From NCBI GenBank assembly GCA_963693055.1, contig OY843751.1, positions 4,256,001 to 4,320,000 of the forward strand: 64,000 nt of DNA, in the 5' to 3' direction. Below, piece by piece: positions 1 through 10,820 of the stretch. Both the position numbers and the translations under genes were made by a program. Below the pieces are notes generated by a model. It had not been told where the DNA came from and made no database searches. It saw nothing but the letters and a program-made list of their open reading frames with translations. The stretch comes from a bacterium. GTDB taxonomy: Bacteria; Zhuqueibacterota; Zhuqueibacteria; Residuimicrobiales; Krinioviventaceae. The first letter of the stretch is position 1, and every line of letters starts with the position of its first letter.

Positions 1-1444
1 AGCTATAACTCTCAAGCATGGGACTCCAGGCAGAGCCATAAATATCGATATAATCCTCAGAAATCCCCTGATCCAGCATTGGTTCATCAATACGCACAAT
101 GGATGCCAGAAACGATTCAACAAGGGTAAGTAAATTCAATCGGCCCGCCCGAAAATAGGTATCAGTCCCCTTTGTACCCAAATCATCAGCAGAACTCAAT
201 AACCGGCCTTTAACGGCATCCGGTCCCAAAGCAGGATTTTGTGAAAGCACCAATCCCGCGGCCGCTGAAACAAAAGGTGCGGCAAAAGAAGTTCCGTTCA
301 TACTGCTGTAACTATTATCCAGGTCTGCTGTTAGGATTTCAGAACCCGGAGCGGTCATGTCCACAGAAGGTCCGTAATTTGAAAACCCGGAAATAAAATC
401 ATCACTATCAGTTGAACCCACGGATATGGTTTCAACAAATGCAGAAGGATAATGCACGGCATCGGTTGAAGAGTTTCCCGCGCTTGCCACCATAACCACA
501 CCCTGCGAAGCAGCATAATTTACTACGTCTTGCACCAACCGGGTTACAAAGACATCTCCCCAACTCATATTGATAATCTGTGCACCATTTTTAACCGCAT
601 ATAAAATGGCTGAAGCCACATCATCCTCTTCACCATTACCCCCGGCAGTAAATGCTCGCAATGCCATTACCCGGCAGCCGGGTGCGGTTCCGGCAATACC
701 TATATTATTATTTGTAACACCGGCAATAATGCCGGAAACTCCGGTCCCGTGCCCCATTTCGTCCATGGGATCATTATCACGCTCAAGATAATCTCCACCA
801 TCCGGATAATTGGGAGCATCAGTAAAATCCCAACCCAATATATCATCAACAAATCCATTATTATCGTCATCAATTCCGTTATGATCTGCAAAATCTTCAA
901 TACCATTACCATTCAGGTCTTCACCGGGATTAATCCACACATTTTCCTGTAAATCCTCGTGATTATAATCCACACCCGTATCAATAACTGCAATCAATAC
1001 TTCTTTTTCACCTTGTTCAATATCCCAGGCATCAAATGCTTTGATTTTCGACAATGCCCACTGCTCATTTATTTTGCTGTCATTGGGTTCATAATCAAGC
1101 TTGAATGAACGGTTGGGCTGCACATAGATTACACCATCCTGATTTATTAATTGCTCCAGCGCAGATTCAGCATCCTTTTGTAAAGTAAACGAGCATGTAA
1201 TCCAGCTTGCGAGATACTTATTCTCTAACGGTGAATGTGAATCTGCAAACACGGGTTTTACCTGATTTGCAGAAAAGGCGTTCAATACCTTGTCAATATT
1301 TGCAATCCCCGTTGTGTTTAAAGATGCATTTTGCTTACGCAGCGCGTAAACTTTAGGATCAATCTTTATCAATAGTTGCTGTGAAATGGATGTACCCGTA
1401 ATCAGCAACACAGAGATCCATATATGTATAAATTTTATTCTCAT
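1..1444 (-). CDS. S8 (subtilisin-family) serine peptidase, secreted; 3' end runs off the left edge of the window
   Basis: Not in the ORF track; translated by hand. ATG at 1444 overlaps the GT2 stop (ATGA) and gives MRIKFIHIWISVLLITG (signal-like). In-frame catalytic motifs: VIDTGVDYNH (Asp), GHGTGVSGIIAG (His), NGTSFAAPFVSA (Ser). Confidence 0.9.
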   Translation of the reverse strand, partial: MRIKFIHIWISVLLITGTSISQQLLIKIDPKVYALRKQNASLNTTGIANIDKVLNAFSANQVKPVFADSHSPLENKYLASWITCSFTLQKDAESALEQLINQDGVIYVQPNRSFKLDYEPNDSKINEQWALSKIKAFDAWDIEQGEKEVLIAVIDTGVDYNHEDLQENVWINPGEDLNGNGIEDFADHNGIDDDNNGFVDDILGWDFTDAPNYPDGGDYLERDNDPMDEMGHGTGVSGIIAGVTNNNIGIAGTAPGCRVMALRAFTAGGNGEEDDVASAILYAVKNGAQIINMSWGDVFVTRLVQDVVNYAASQGVVMVASAGNSSTDAVHYPSAFVETISVGSTDSDDFISGFSNYGPSVDMTAPGSEILTADLDNSYSSMNGTSFAAPFVSAAAGLVLSQNPALGPDAVKGRLLSSADDLGTKGTDTYFRAGRLNLLTLVESFLASIVRIDEPMLDQGISEDYIDIYGSAWSPMLESYS

Positions 1445-2352
1445 GATTTTTCTTTCAAAATATATACCGGCAAAATGCGTGGAATCAGTATAATTAGTAG
1501 TAAAAATTTTATAATACAGGTGGCCATTCGGTTGTAGAATGTTTTATCATATTTCCGAAAATACGCTGCAAACGAACGGTGCGACGAAACTATCATAGCG
1601 TCTCTAACCTGATAAATACTGGCCCCTTTTAAATGATACACAAAAGTATCACTGGAAAAATATATTCGCTCACCGTTTTCATAAACACGCCTGCACCAAT
1701 CCACATCACTAAAAAACATGGGGAACCGCTCATCCAGCAAACTGGTTTTTAGCAATACATCTCTATTCATTAAAAGAAACGCACCTTGAGGCTGTTCCAC
1801 AAATTCTGAATGATTATGATCAAAGTCCGGCATTCTCCAGCGGTTAAATTGAGGGCTCCCGGGAAATATTCTCGCCAGTCCCAACAATTCACTCACAACA
1901 TCCATTTTGCGTGGAAATCGCCTGCATGACGGCTGAATTTCACCCCAGGGATACCGCAATTGCGGAGCAATTACACCCGCTTTTTGCTTTTTCATCTGTT
2001 CAAATAAAATTTCAAACGTATCTTTGCGGCAAACAATATCCGGATTCAGAATCAGTACATATTCTCCGCTGCAAAGCTTTACCCCCTGGTTAACACCTCG
2101 GGTAAATCCGGTATTTTGTTGGTTTGGAATAAAATTTAATGATGTAAAAGATAATGTATCTAAAATTTGATGTATTTCAGTTACCGTATCATCCTGACTC
2201 TTGTTGTCAATAAGCACCAGTTGACTTGAATAACCATCTAACGCGTCGGCAAGACTTTTCAATGTCTGTTTGATGTGGGACTGATTATTAAAGGTGACAA
2301 TAACAATGGAAATTTGAAATGTAATACTCCCGGACTCTCTATTCACGAGCAT
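1441..2352 (-). CDS. Glycosyltransferase family 2 (WbbL/rhamnosyltransferase-like)
   Basis: ISIVIVTFN, IDNKSQD, NTGFTRGVNQG, LILNPD, FFSDVDWCRR motifs. Confidence 0.9.
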   Translation of the reverse strand: MLVNRESGSITFQISIVIVTFNNQSHIKQTLKSLADALDGYSSQLVLIDNKSQDDTVTEIHQILDTLSFTSLNFIPNQQNTGFTRGVNQGVKLCSGEYVLILNPDIVCRKDTFEILFEQMKKQKAGVIAPQLRYPWGEIQPSCRRFPRKMDVVSELLGLARIFPGSPQFNRWRMPDFDHNHSEFVEQPQGAFLLMNRDVLLKTSLLDERFPMFFSDVDWCRRVYENGERIYFSSDTFVYHLKGASIYQVRDAMIVSSHRSFAAYFRKYDKTFYNRMATCIIKFLLLIILIPRILPVYILKEKS

Positions 2353-2394
2353 ATCTCTTAATAAAAGACCGTTATTGCTAACGGCCCCAAAATT

Positions 2395-4488
2395 TTATTC
2401 ATTTTCTTCGAGTTTTTTGCGCAGGTATTCCAGTTTTGATTGATACCACTCATTTTCAGGACTTTTTTCCAACAGCATTTCAAAAACATTAATTGCTTTT
2501 GCATACTGACCCTGAGCAGCATAAATTTCACCCAAGGTTGGGGTAACAAACTTTTCTTTTGGCTTTTCTTCCGAATCATCATCAGAGACAGCTTGAGTTT
2601 GTTTATTGGAATCATGTGGTTCCGGCGCACTGATAAATTCAGCAGTAGGTTTATCATCTTGCTCAAATTCAGACATTTGGGCACGCGGAGTTGTCTCTTC
2701 CTGCTCGTACTCGCTTACAACTTCGTCTTTAAATTCTTTGGGATCACCCAATCCGGCGAGGAAATCACTGAATTGTTCTTCATCCTCATCAAGTCCTTCA
2801 TCTTCCTGAACATGCACTGCACCTGTTTCAATAATTTCCTGCGTTTCATCTTCTTCAAAAGCCATAAATCCATCAGGAATATGGGGTTCTTCTGCCTGGC
2901 TTTCCAACCCTTCCTGTTCAGGAATTTGCTCAGCCTCTTCTGCTTTTGTCATCAAAAGGTCTTCAGGCGAAGCATCTTCATCTTCTTCATCTGTATCTGT
3001 ATCAAAAAATGCATTGGCTGCAAGGTCATCATCTATCTGCATTTCATCAAAGTTATAAGAATCATCCAGTTCTGAAGCACCTTCAGACTCGGTAATAACT
3101 TGTTCCAGTTTATCACGTGTTTCAGATTCCTTGCGTTCTTCTTCTTCAACATCCTGACTAAAGATACCATCAAGTATATCTGAATATTTATCACTTTCTT
3201 CCCGAACTGAATCATTAGCTACATGAGGCATATCAGCTTCTTCATCAAATTCTACCTCTGGCTCTGATTGCGGTTCTTCACGAGTTAAAATTGGTTGTTC
3301 AGGAAGACCTGCTTCAGTCTCTTGTTGTTCAAATCCCGACTCATCAGGTGTTTCAAAATATGTTTCCGTTTCAGTATCAGTTTCATCTTGTTCTTCATCG
3401 GTTGCAAACAGTTGCATATCATCGTCATCATCCGAAGCGGTCATGGGAAAAATACTGTCTTCCTGAGCCCCACCAAAAATATCATCAGTAGAAGGTTGAA
3501 TATTCTCATCCTTCATTTCATCATCTACAACATCCTGATCAAAAACAGATTCATCAGCTTCGGGTTCCATAAATCCTTGTGCATTATCTTCAACAGTTGG
3601 GAATGTCTGTGTAAAATCATCCTGTTCTATAAAAGAATCATCAACACCAAACGTTTCCGTATCCGACAACGATTCGGTTTCATCTGCAACAGAAAAAATA
3701 TCATCAATCTGTTCATCATCTTGATCTTCATCCTGATCTTCAGTTACCATAGTATCCTGAAAAACAGAATCAGAGTCTACATTAAATTGATCATCTGAAC
3801 TTTCGGATCCATTTTCAAAAAGGGCTTCAACTGTTTCATCAGCTAGACGGTAATCGTCCATATCGGTATCTTGAATATCCTGTGCCACATCAGCATCCAG
3901 TTCTATACTGGTGTCAGAAAAGTTGTCTTCCTGTTCATCACCAAAAATGGATTCAATGGTTGCATCACTATCTTCCGCAGACGCTCCAAACATTTCATCT
4001 ACCGGTTCATGCTCACGGATCATATCATCATCTTCAGAAACCGGTTCAATATTTACTCCCGGCTCTGCAGATCGCTGTACCTCAAACACAAAATTTCCAA
4101 GAGACTCTTTCATATGTGTTTCAAGCGGATCAATCTCCAGAATTTTTTCATAACTGGTTTCTGCCGAGTTGGCCCAGCCGGTATGGGTCATCAAATCACC
4201 ATACAACTTGTGAGCGGTGAGATGATTGGACTGAATAGACAAAAGTCTCCTAAATTCCTGGTCCGCTTGTTCAAAGTCACTGGTTTTCATATAACATTTT
4301 GCCAAAACCAGATGTGCATTTGAATATTCAGGGTGCTCTTCAAGTCCACGATTGCAGATATCTATCGCCTGATCATATTCTTCCATCTGCATATAACGTT
4401 CAGCAAGTCTGGCAAAAAGCATGGATTGAGGATTTAACTCGATACGTTTCTGCAGCCACTTAATTTCATCTGTTAAATTCTTGAACAT
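2395..4488 (-). CDS. TPR protein with a very long acidic low-complexity linker
   Basis: N-terminal TPR-like helices, several hundred D/E-rich residues, C-terminal TPTLGEIYAAQGQYAKAINVF TPR. Start set at MFKNL (AAGGGTGA upstream); the ORF track starts at 4506. Confidence 0.8.
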   Translation of the reverse strand: MFKNLTDEIKWLQKRIELNPQSMLFARLAERYMQMEEYDQAIDICNRGLEEHPEYSNAHLVLAKCYMKTSDFEQADQEFRRLLSIQSNHLTAHKLYGDLMTHTGWANSAETSYEKILEIDPLETHMKESLGNFVFEVQRSAEPGVNIEPVSEDDDMIREHEPVDEMFGASAEDSDATIESIFGDEQEDNFSDTSIELDADVAQDIQDTDMDDYRLADETVEALFENGSESSDDQFNVDSDSVFQDTMVTEDQDEDQDDEQIDDIFSVADETESLSDTETFGVDDSFIEQDDFTQTFPTVEDNAQGFMEPEADESVFDQDVVDDEMKDENIQPSTDDIFGGAQEDSIFPMTASDDDDDMQLFATDEEQDETDTETETYFETPDESGFEQQETEAGLPEQPILTREEPQSEPEVEFDEEADMPHVANDSVREESDKYSDILDGIFSQDVEEEERKESETRDKLEQVITESEGASELDDSYNFDEMQIDDDLAANAFFDTDTDEEDEDASPEDLLMTKAEEAEQIPEQEGLESQAEEPHIPDGFMAFEEDETQEIIETGAVHVQEDEGLDEDEEQFSDFLAGLGDPKEFKDEVVSEYEQEETTPRAQMSEFEQDDKPTAEFISAPEPHDSNKQTQAVSDDDSEEKPKEKFVTPTLGEIYAAQGQYAKAINVFEMLLEKSPENEWYQSKLEYLRKKLEENE

Positions 4489-4580
4489 AATATCACCCTT
4501 ATGCAATACTAACTAAAAAAATTTACGTTTTTCATAATAAAAATGCAACAAATTTCTATAAAATCAATATGTTACTCTAC

Positions 4581-5075
4581 TTACCACCCCGAAACGGTTT
4601 TATTCAATATCTCTTCACTAGTTTTTTCGATAGCTTCGGTAATTGCGGCCAGACGTCCATCTGCACCTTCTGCAGGGTCATAGGTTCCGAACTGGGTTAA
4701 ACGCTCATCCCACATGACCTGACGTTTCACCTGGTCCGTGCACTTGATCTTGACTGTAACATATATTTTCAGATCTTCTACTTCCTCCGATTGTGTATAA
4801 GCGCCGGCCCGGTCATCAATTCGAATGATGGATCCCTCTACCAGCACATCCGAACTGCCCCGCTCCGATATCCTTAACGAACCGTCACGTGTAAACTCGT
4901 CAATCAGAGTATCTGTCATTTCCTCAGCAACACCAAATTCCGCAGTTCGATTATCAAACAAGGGAATCGCAACAGTATTCAAATGTGGCGGCAAAGATCC
5001 TGAAAAAGAATAAAAGCCACAATGCATTACGGTTATCAATGTTACGGTTATCAAAATATATACTATTTTTTTCAT
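4581..5075 (-). CDS. lptE: LptE-family LPS assembly lipoprotein
   Basis: Signal peptide with Cys then CGFYSFSG, VAIPLFDNRT, typical of FCB-type LptE; sits beside a sigma-54 activator and a TPR gene. Confidence 0.75.
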   Translation of the reverse strand: MKKIVYILITVTLITVMHCGFYSFSGSLPPHLNTVAIPLFDNRTAEFGVAEEMTDTLIDEFTRDGSLRISERGSSDVLVEGSIIRIDDRAGAYTQSEEVEDLKIYVTVKIKCTDQVKRQVMWDERLTQFGTYDPAEGADGRLAAITEAIEKTSEEILNKTVSGW

Positions 5076-6262
5076 TTTTCACGTAAACCATATTGATTAA
5101 TTTTTCGATACAAGGTCCGTTCGCTTAATCCCAGTATCTGTGCGGCCTTGCGTTTGCTGCCTCCTGTCTTTTGCAGCGTTTTTTCAATCAACTGCCTTTC
5201 CATATCTGCAACCGAAGTCTGATCGACAGGTTGTTGTGGAGTCGGTTGTGAATATTCATTGGGCAATTCATCCCGCCAAGCCCCTAACCGATAGGGTGAA
5301 ACGCCTCCGCCTGCCAGAATAATTTCACGCAACTGTGCAATCTCGTCCTTGATCTCTAACAATACCCTGAATAAAAATTCACGCTCCATTTCATCCTTGG
5401 GTTTATTCAGAGGAACAGGCAGACTTTTATCAAAGGGTTCTTCCTGAGGAAGATACTTGTCTAACACAAATTCGTCTATTTTTCGTCCTCGTTCAAGCAC
5501 AATAACCTTTTCAACGAGATTTTTCAACTCTCGAATATTCCCCGGCCAACTGTACTCTTGCAGTCTGAATATGGAATTAGGAGTAAATCCCTGAAATTCG
5601 ATCAGATTCTCGCGGCTGAATTCCGAAGCGAATTTCTTGACCAGTACCGGAATATCTTCACGACGTTCACGCAAGCTCGGCACTTTGACGTGCATGGCGT
5701 TTAGCCGGTAAAACAAGTCCTGTCGAAAATTGCCTTTTCTGACCTCTTCTTCCAGATTCCGATTGGTTGCGGCAATAAACCGTATATCAACTTTATGCAA
5801 ATCTGAACCACCAACCCGAATGAATTCGCGGCCTTCAAGTACTCTTAATAATTTCACCTGAATAGACAAAGGAAGTTCACCTATCTCGTCAAGGAAAATA
5901 CTGCCGGTATCTGCCAGTTCAAAATACCCTTTTCTGGGACCTACAGCACCAGTGAACGATCCCTTTTCGTGCCCAAACAATTCAGACTCGAGAATGCCTT
6001 CGGGAATCGCCCCGCAGTTGACCGTAATCAAAGGCGCGCTGTACCGTTTACTAAGATTGTGCACAGCTTTGGCAACCAGTTCTTTACCGGTACCGCTTTC
6101 TCCTGTGATCAATACAGAGATATCCGTAGGAGCAATCTGATCCAGAGTCTCCAGCATTTGACGGACTTTATCAGAATCTCCAAGTATACCAACATGGTCC
6201 TGAATATCACGCCAGTGTTCAAAATGCTTTAAACCATTGTCATATGTTTCAGCGCTGTTCAC
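5072..6262 (-). CDS. Sigma-54-interacting AAA+ transcriptional regulator with Fis-type HTH and no N-terminal receiver domain
   Basis: GESGTGKE Walker A, ESELFGHEKGSFTGA, FLDEIGE, FRQDLFYRL, WPGNIREL, C-terminal KAAQILGLSERTLYRK HTH. Confidence 0.93.
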   Translation of the reverse strand: MNSAETYDNGLKHFEHWRDIQDHVGILGDSDKVRQMLETLDQIAPTDISVLITGESGTGKELVAKAVHNLSKRYSAPLITVNCGAIPEGILESELFGHEKGSFTGAVGPRKGYFELADTGSIFLDEIGELPLSIQVKLLRVLEGREFIRVGGSDLHKVDIRFIAATNRNLEEEVRKGNFRQDLFYRLNAMHVKVPSLRERREDIPVLVKKFASEFSRENLIEFQGFTPNSIFRLQEYSWPGNIRELKNLVEKVIVLERGRKIDEFVLDKYLPQEEPFDKSLPVPLNKPKDEMEREFLFRVLLEIKDEIAQLREIILAGGGVSPYRLGAWRDELPNEYSQPTPQQPVDQTSVADMERQLIEKTLQKTGGSKRKAAQILGLSERTLYRKINQYGLREK

Positions 6263-6280
6263 AATTCACACCTGTTCTTG

Positions 6281-7204
6281 TTACATTTCATATTTCTTGA
6301 AATATTCTACGGTTTCTTTTAAACCTTCCTGCAGGGAAGTTTTTGGTTCCCAGCCCAGCGTTTTCTTGATTTTTTCATAGGAAACAACGCTTCTAAACTG
6401 CTCACCTTCTTTACCGGGACCATGTTGCTCTTCCAGATTTGCCCCGGTTTCTGTACTCAGAATACGATAAACATCATTAATGGTACTTTCAATACTGGTG
6501 CCCACATTAAAAATATTGTTTTCTTCATTCTGCAATGCCAGTACATTCGCACGCACAACATCTTTAACAAACACAAAATCCCTTGTCTGCTCACCGTTTC
6601 CATTTATAACCGGCTGCTGTTTTGCCAGCAACATTTTGATAAAAATAGCGACAACGCCTGCTTCACCATGCGGATTCTGACGGGGTCCATAAACATTGGC
6701 ATAACGCAATGCAGTATATTTCATTCCATAATTTAGAGCATAAAAAAACAAATACTTTTCACCTACCAGCTTGGTTATACCATAGGGACTATAAGGCTGC
6801 AGTTTGTGTTCTTCATCCGCGGGAAAATAATCCTGCTCACCATAAATAGCTCCACCGGATGAGGAAAAGATCACCTTTTTCACTCCGCTTTTGGCACTGT
6901 TTTGCAGAATATTGATAAAACCTAACACATTGTTCTTTGCGTCATAGATGGGATCTTCTACGGATTTTCTCACATCCATCTGAGCGGCCTGATGGTTCAC
7001 CACATCAATGCGGTGTTTTTGAAAAATCTCTTCAACCTCAGGATCTTGAATATTGGCGCAGATAAATTCTGCGTTTTTATTGACATTCTCTAAACGACCG
7101 GTTGACAAATCATCCAGTATGATCACCTTGTGACCAGCTTCTATATATGCATCAGCAATTTGCGAAGCGATAAATCCGGCCCCGCCAGTTACCAGTATAT
7201 TCAT
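6281..7204 (-). CDS. NAD-dependent epimerase/dehydratase (UDP-glucose 4-epimerase-like)
   Basis: TGGAGFIAS, SSSGGAIYG, YGITK (YxxxK), RYANVYGPRQ, TRDFVFV. Confidence 0.9.
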   Translation of the reverse strand: MNILVTGGAGFIASQIADAYIEAGHKVIILDDLSTGRLENVNKNAEFICANIQDPEVEEIFQKHRIDVVNHQAAQMDVRKSVEDPIYDAKNNVLGFINILQNSAKSGVKKVIFSSSGGAIYGEQDYFPADEEHKLQPYSPYGITKLVGEKYLFFYALNYGMKYTALRYANVYGPRQNPHGEAGVVAIFIKMLLAKQQPVINGNGEQTRDFVFVKDVVRANVLALQNEENNIFNVGTSIESTINDVYRILSTETGANLEEQHGPGKEGEQFRSVVSYEKIKKTLGWEPKTSLQEGLKETVEYFKKYEM

Positions 7205-7214
7205 GATTATACTC

Positions 7215-8480
7215 CTATTTTAATGCGCGCCAGGCGATGTCACGACGATAGTATGCGCCATCAAAGGCGATTTTTCCAACACCCTTGTATACCTTATCTA
7301 TTGCCTGTTTAATATTGTCACCGGCAGCGGTAACGCCCAGTACACGTCCGCCATTAGTAACAACTTTATCTCCTTCAAAACGTGTTCCCGCATGAAAGAC
7401 CATTATATTTTCATCGATACGGCCATCAAGACCTAAAATTTCTTTACCATTTTCATATTTTCCCGGGTACCCACCGGATGCAATTACCACACATACCGCG
7501 GCACTGTCATAATTTTCAAAATCCAGATCTTTTAACGTACCGTCTCGCGATGCCATCATGGCTTCCAAAAGATCGGTTTTAACCAGCGGCAATACAGCCT
7601 GAGTTTCAGGATCTCCAAAACGGCAGTTGTATTCCAAAACTTTGGGGCCACTTTGCGTCATCATTAACCCCGCGTACAAGACACCCTTGTAGGGACGTCC
7701 TTCAAGCGCCAATCCCTTTAATGTAGGTTCCATGATTGTTTTTTTAATGTGGTCCATCATTGCTTCATCGATATACGGAGTAGGAGCATACGCACCCATA
7801 CCTCCCGTATTGGGACCTTTATCCTGATCAAAAATCCGTTTATGGTCCTGTGAGGGTGTAAGATAGACCAAGTTTTCGCCATCGGCTATGGCAAGCACAG
7901 AGACTTCGGGGCCTTCCATAAACTCTTCTATTACCACTTTGCGGCCCGCTTCGCCAAAAGCGTTTTGTTTCATAATCAGATCAATTGCATCAAAAGCCTG
8001 TTCACGGGTCATGCACACAATGGCGCCTTTACCGGCTGCCAATCCATCCGCTTTGACCACTATGGGTATGACACTGTTTTCCAGATACTCACGTGCCTCA
8101 TTATACTCGGTAAACACTTTATAAGTTGCAGTAGGAATGTCATATTTATCCAGCAGGTATTTGCAAAAAGTTTTGCTTCCCTCAAGTTCCGCGGCTTTTT
8201 CACTGGGACCAAAAACTGGCATACTGTTTTTTTCAAACTCATCAACAATACCCATTACCAACGGCAGTTCTGGCCCAACAACCGTAAAGTCTACATTTTT
8301 TTCCATAGCAAACTGTAACAATCCCTGTATATCTGTAACAGGTATGTCTCTGCACTCTGCAATTTGAGCAATACCTGCGTTACCCGGTGCGCAAAAAACA
8401 TTGGTAACCAGCTCACTCTGTTTTAACTTCCAAACCAAAGCATGTTCACGGCCGCCGCCGCCAACAACCAGTATATTCAT
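7215..8480 (-). CDS. purD: Phosphoribosylamine--glycine ligase
   Basis: GGGGREHAL, VVGPELPL, KADGLAAGKG, QDHKR, GPNTGGMGAY, EYNCRFGDPETQ, NGGRVL. Confidence 0.98.
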   Translation of the reverse strand: MNILVVGGGGREHALVWKLKQSELVTNVFCAPGNAGIAQIAECRDIPVTDIQGLLQFAMEKNVDFTVVGPELPLVMGIVDEFEKNSMPVFGPSEKAAELEGSKTFCKYLLDKYDIPTATYKVFTEYNEAREYLENSVIPIVVKADGLAAGKGAIVCMTREQAFDAIDLIMKQNAFGEAGRKVVIEEFMEGPEVSVLAIADGENLVYLTPSQDHKRIFDQDKGPNTGGMGAYAPTPYIDEAMMDHIKKTIMEPTLKGLALEGRPYKGVLYAGLMMTQSGPKVLEYNCRFGDPETQAVLPLVKTDLLEAMMASRDGTLKDLDFENYDSAAVCVVIASGGYPGKYENGKEILGLDGRIDENIMVFHAGTRFEGDKVVTNGGRVLGVTAAGDNIKQAIDKVYKGVGKIAFDGAYYRRDIAWRALK

Positions 8481-8507
8481 TTTTGGTCCTTTCAGATAAA
8501 TTTCAGG

Positions 8508-10556
8508 TTAATATTTGACCCGTTTTCCTCTACCTGCGCGGGGATTCAGTGCACCGCTGTTCAAATCCTGTATCCGGTCACGTAAATCCGCGGCTTTTTC
8601 AAATTCCATATGTGATGCCGCTTCATACATCTGATGTTCTAACTGAAGCAGGTATTCGTTCTTTTCTTCAAAAGAGAGTTTTTTCCAGTTCTCTTTGAAT
8701 TGTTTTTCTTCATCCGCAGATTGCTTTTTACCATAGGGTGCCGGTTTAGCATCTGCAACCCGTGTTGCGCCCATTACCGCTTCAATGGATTTCATAATGG
8801 TTGTGGGCGTTATATTATGTTCTTCATTGTATTTCTGTTGAATGGCACGACGACGATTGGTCTCGTCTATGGCAACCTGCATGGAATCCGTTACCTTGTC
8901 CGCGTAAAATATAACAATACCCTCTGAATTTCGCGCAGCTCTTCCTGCAGTCTGTATCAACGATCGTGCCGAACGTAAATATCCTTCCTTGTCCGCGTCC
9001 AGTATTGCCACCAGCGAAACTTCTGGCAAATCCAATCCCTCTCGCAGCAGGTTAATACCCACCAATACGTCAAACTCGCCCAAACGCAGATCACGTAAAA
9101 TAGCCATTCGGTCCAGAGCGTCTATCTCAGAGTGCATATACCGCACCCGAATGCCAATACCCGCCAGGTAATCGGTCAGGTCTTCTGACATGCGCTTGGT
9201 CAGTGTGGTTACCAATACACGCTCGTTCTTGTCCGCGCGAATATTAATCTCGTGCACCAGATCGTCGATCTGTCCTTTAACAGGACGTATTACAATCTGC
9301 GGATCCATAAGCCCGGTGGGACGAATGATCTGTTCAGACACCACACCGTTGCACTTTTCCATCTCGTAATCCGCAGGTGTTGCGGATACAAATACGACTT
9401 TATCTATTACTTTTTCAAATTCATCAAAATTTAACGGACGGTTGTCCAGTGCCGACGGCAGACGAAAACCGTGCTCTACCAGCGTTTCTTTACGGGACCT
9501 GTCACCAAAATACATCCCCCTGAACTGCGGAACCGACACGTGCGACTCGTCAATGATCATTAAAAAATCATCCGGGAAATAATCGATCAACGTATACGGA
9601 CGCTCACCGGCTTTTCGTCCGGACAAGTGCCGCGAATAGTTTTCGATACCCGAGCAAAAGCCGATTTCCTGCATCATCTCGATATCGTAACGGGTTTTCG
9701 ACTCCAGTCGCTGCGCCTCTACCAGCTTGTTCTCTTTGCGGAACTTTAGCAATTGCTGGTCCAGTTCTTCTTCTATATCTGTAATGGCTTTTTGAAGTTG
9801 CGTATAGGGGGTTACAAAATGCTTGGCGGGAAAAATGGCCACATTGGGACGACGACTTATAATCTCGCCGGTGATCGTGTCCACAATCGAAATTTCCTCA
9901 ATCTCATCACCAAACATCTCGATACGAATTGCCTCTTTTTCATACGCAGGGATTAGTTCAATCACATCACCACGCACCCGGAACGTACCGCGCTCGAACG
10001 CAATATCGTTACGGCTGTACTGGATCTCTACCAGCTTGCGCAGGATCTCATCCCGATCGATCCGCTGCCCCACATTCAGGAACAGCAGCATCTGCTTCCA
10101 GGTCTCCGGTGTACCCAATCCGTAAATACAAGACACTGAAGCCACAATGATTACATCACTACGGGTCATCAAAGAACTGGTGGCCTTTAACCGCAATCGA
10201 TCAATCTCGTCATTGATAGACGTGTCTTTTTCGATATAGGTATCTGTAGACGGCAAATACGCTTCCGGCTGATAATAATCGTAATAACTGATAAAATATT
10301 CTACCGCATTGTCGGGGAAAAAGCTTTTAAACTCTCCGTACAACTGGGCCGCCAGGGTCTTGTTATGCGAGATCACCAACGTGGGACGGTTATAGCGGGC
10401 AATCACATTCGCCATGGTATAGGTTTTACCGCTTCCGGTAACACCCAGCAGCGTTTGAAATTTCTCACCCTGCTCCAGTCCCCGTGTCAGCTCATCTACT
10501 GCCTGCGGCTGATCACCCTGTAATTTATAATCTGATACTAGTTTGAATTTATCCAT
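8508..10556 (-). CDS. uvrB: Excinuclease ABC subunit B
   Basis: [54 protein letters not shown]-terminal UVR domain (FEKAADLRD). Confidence 0.99.
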   Translation of the reverse strand: MDKFKLVSDYKLQGDQPQAVDELTRGLEQGEKFQTLLGVTGSGKTYTMANVIARYNRPTLVISHNKTLAAQLYGEFKSFFPDNAVEYFISYYDYYQPEAYLPSTDTYIEKDTSINDEIDRLRLKATSSLMTRSDVIIVASVSCIYGLGTPETWKQMLLFLNVGQRIDRDEILRKLVEIQYSRNDIAFERGTFRVRGDVIELIPAYEKEAIRIEMFGDEIEEISIVDTITGEIISRRPNVAIFPAKHFVTPYTQLQKAITDIEEELDQQLLKFRKENKLVEAQRLESKTRYDIEMMQEIGFCSGIENYSRHLSGRKAGERPYTLIDYFPDDFLMIIDESHVSVPQFRGMYFGDRSRKETLVEHGFRLPSALDNRPLNFDEFEKVIDKVVFVSATPADYEMEKCNGVVSEQIIRPTGLMDPQIVIRPVKGQIDDLVHEINIRADKNERVLVTTLTKRMSEDLTDYLAGIGIRVRYMHSEIDALDRMAILRDLRLGEFDVLVGINLLREGLDLPEVSLVAILDADKEGYLRSARSLIQTAGRAARNSEGIVIFYADKVTDSMQVAIDETNRRRAIQQKYNEEHNITPTTIMKSIEAVMGATRVADAKPAPYGKKQSADEEKQFKENWKKLSFEEKNEYLLQLEHQMYEAASHMEFEKAADLRDRIQDLNSGALNPRAGRGKRVKY

Positions 10557-10784
10557 AACACTATTATAATATGAGAATTGCGTAATTATCCAATGTAAAA
10601 ATCTGACAACAATATACTATCAATATGACAAATTGTCAAGCTGTAAGTGACCTTGATTTAACCTTGATTAAAAGGATTAGACCATGATTACCATGATAAG
10701 AAGGATTAAAGTCGGTCGCTGCCCTTCGATACTCTGCCTACGGCAGATACTCAAGGTCCGTGCCCGCCGAAGGCCCGATTCCAT

Positions 10785-10810
10785 GTACGGGCGGACCTGT
10801 GTGTCCGCCC
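10785..10810 (+). repeat. REP-like palindrome, family A (GTAC-GGGCGGAC-N6-GTCCGCCC)
   Basis: 8-bp arms with a GTAG-like foot; related copies at 12899-12924, 14663-14688 and 36846-36871. Confidence 0.8.
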
Positions 10811-10820
10811 ATTTCTTTAC

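Noticed and set aside
700-912. Short ORFs listed in the track within 570-952
   Set aside because: Off-frame or antisense to the S8 peptidase that runs from 1444 off the left edge.
2440-4323. Long plus-strand ORFs opposite the acidic TPR gene
   Set aside because: Antisense artefacts of GAA/GAT-rich codons giving F/I/S-rich translations.
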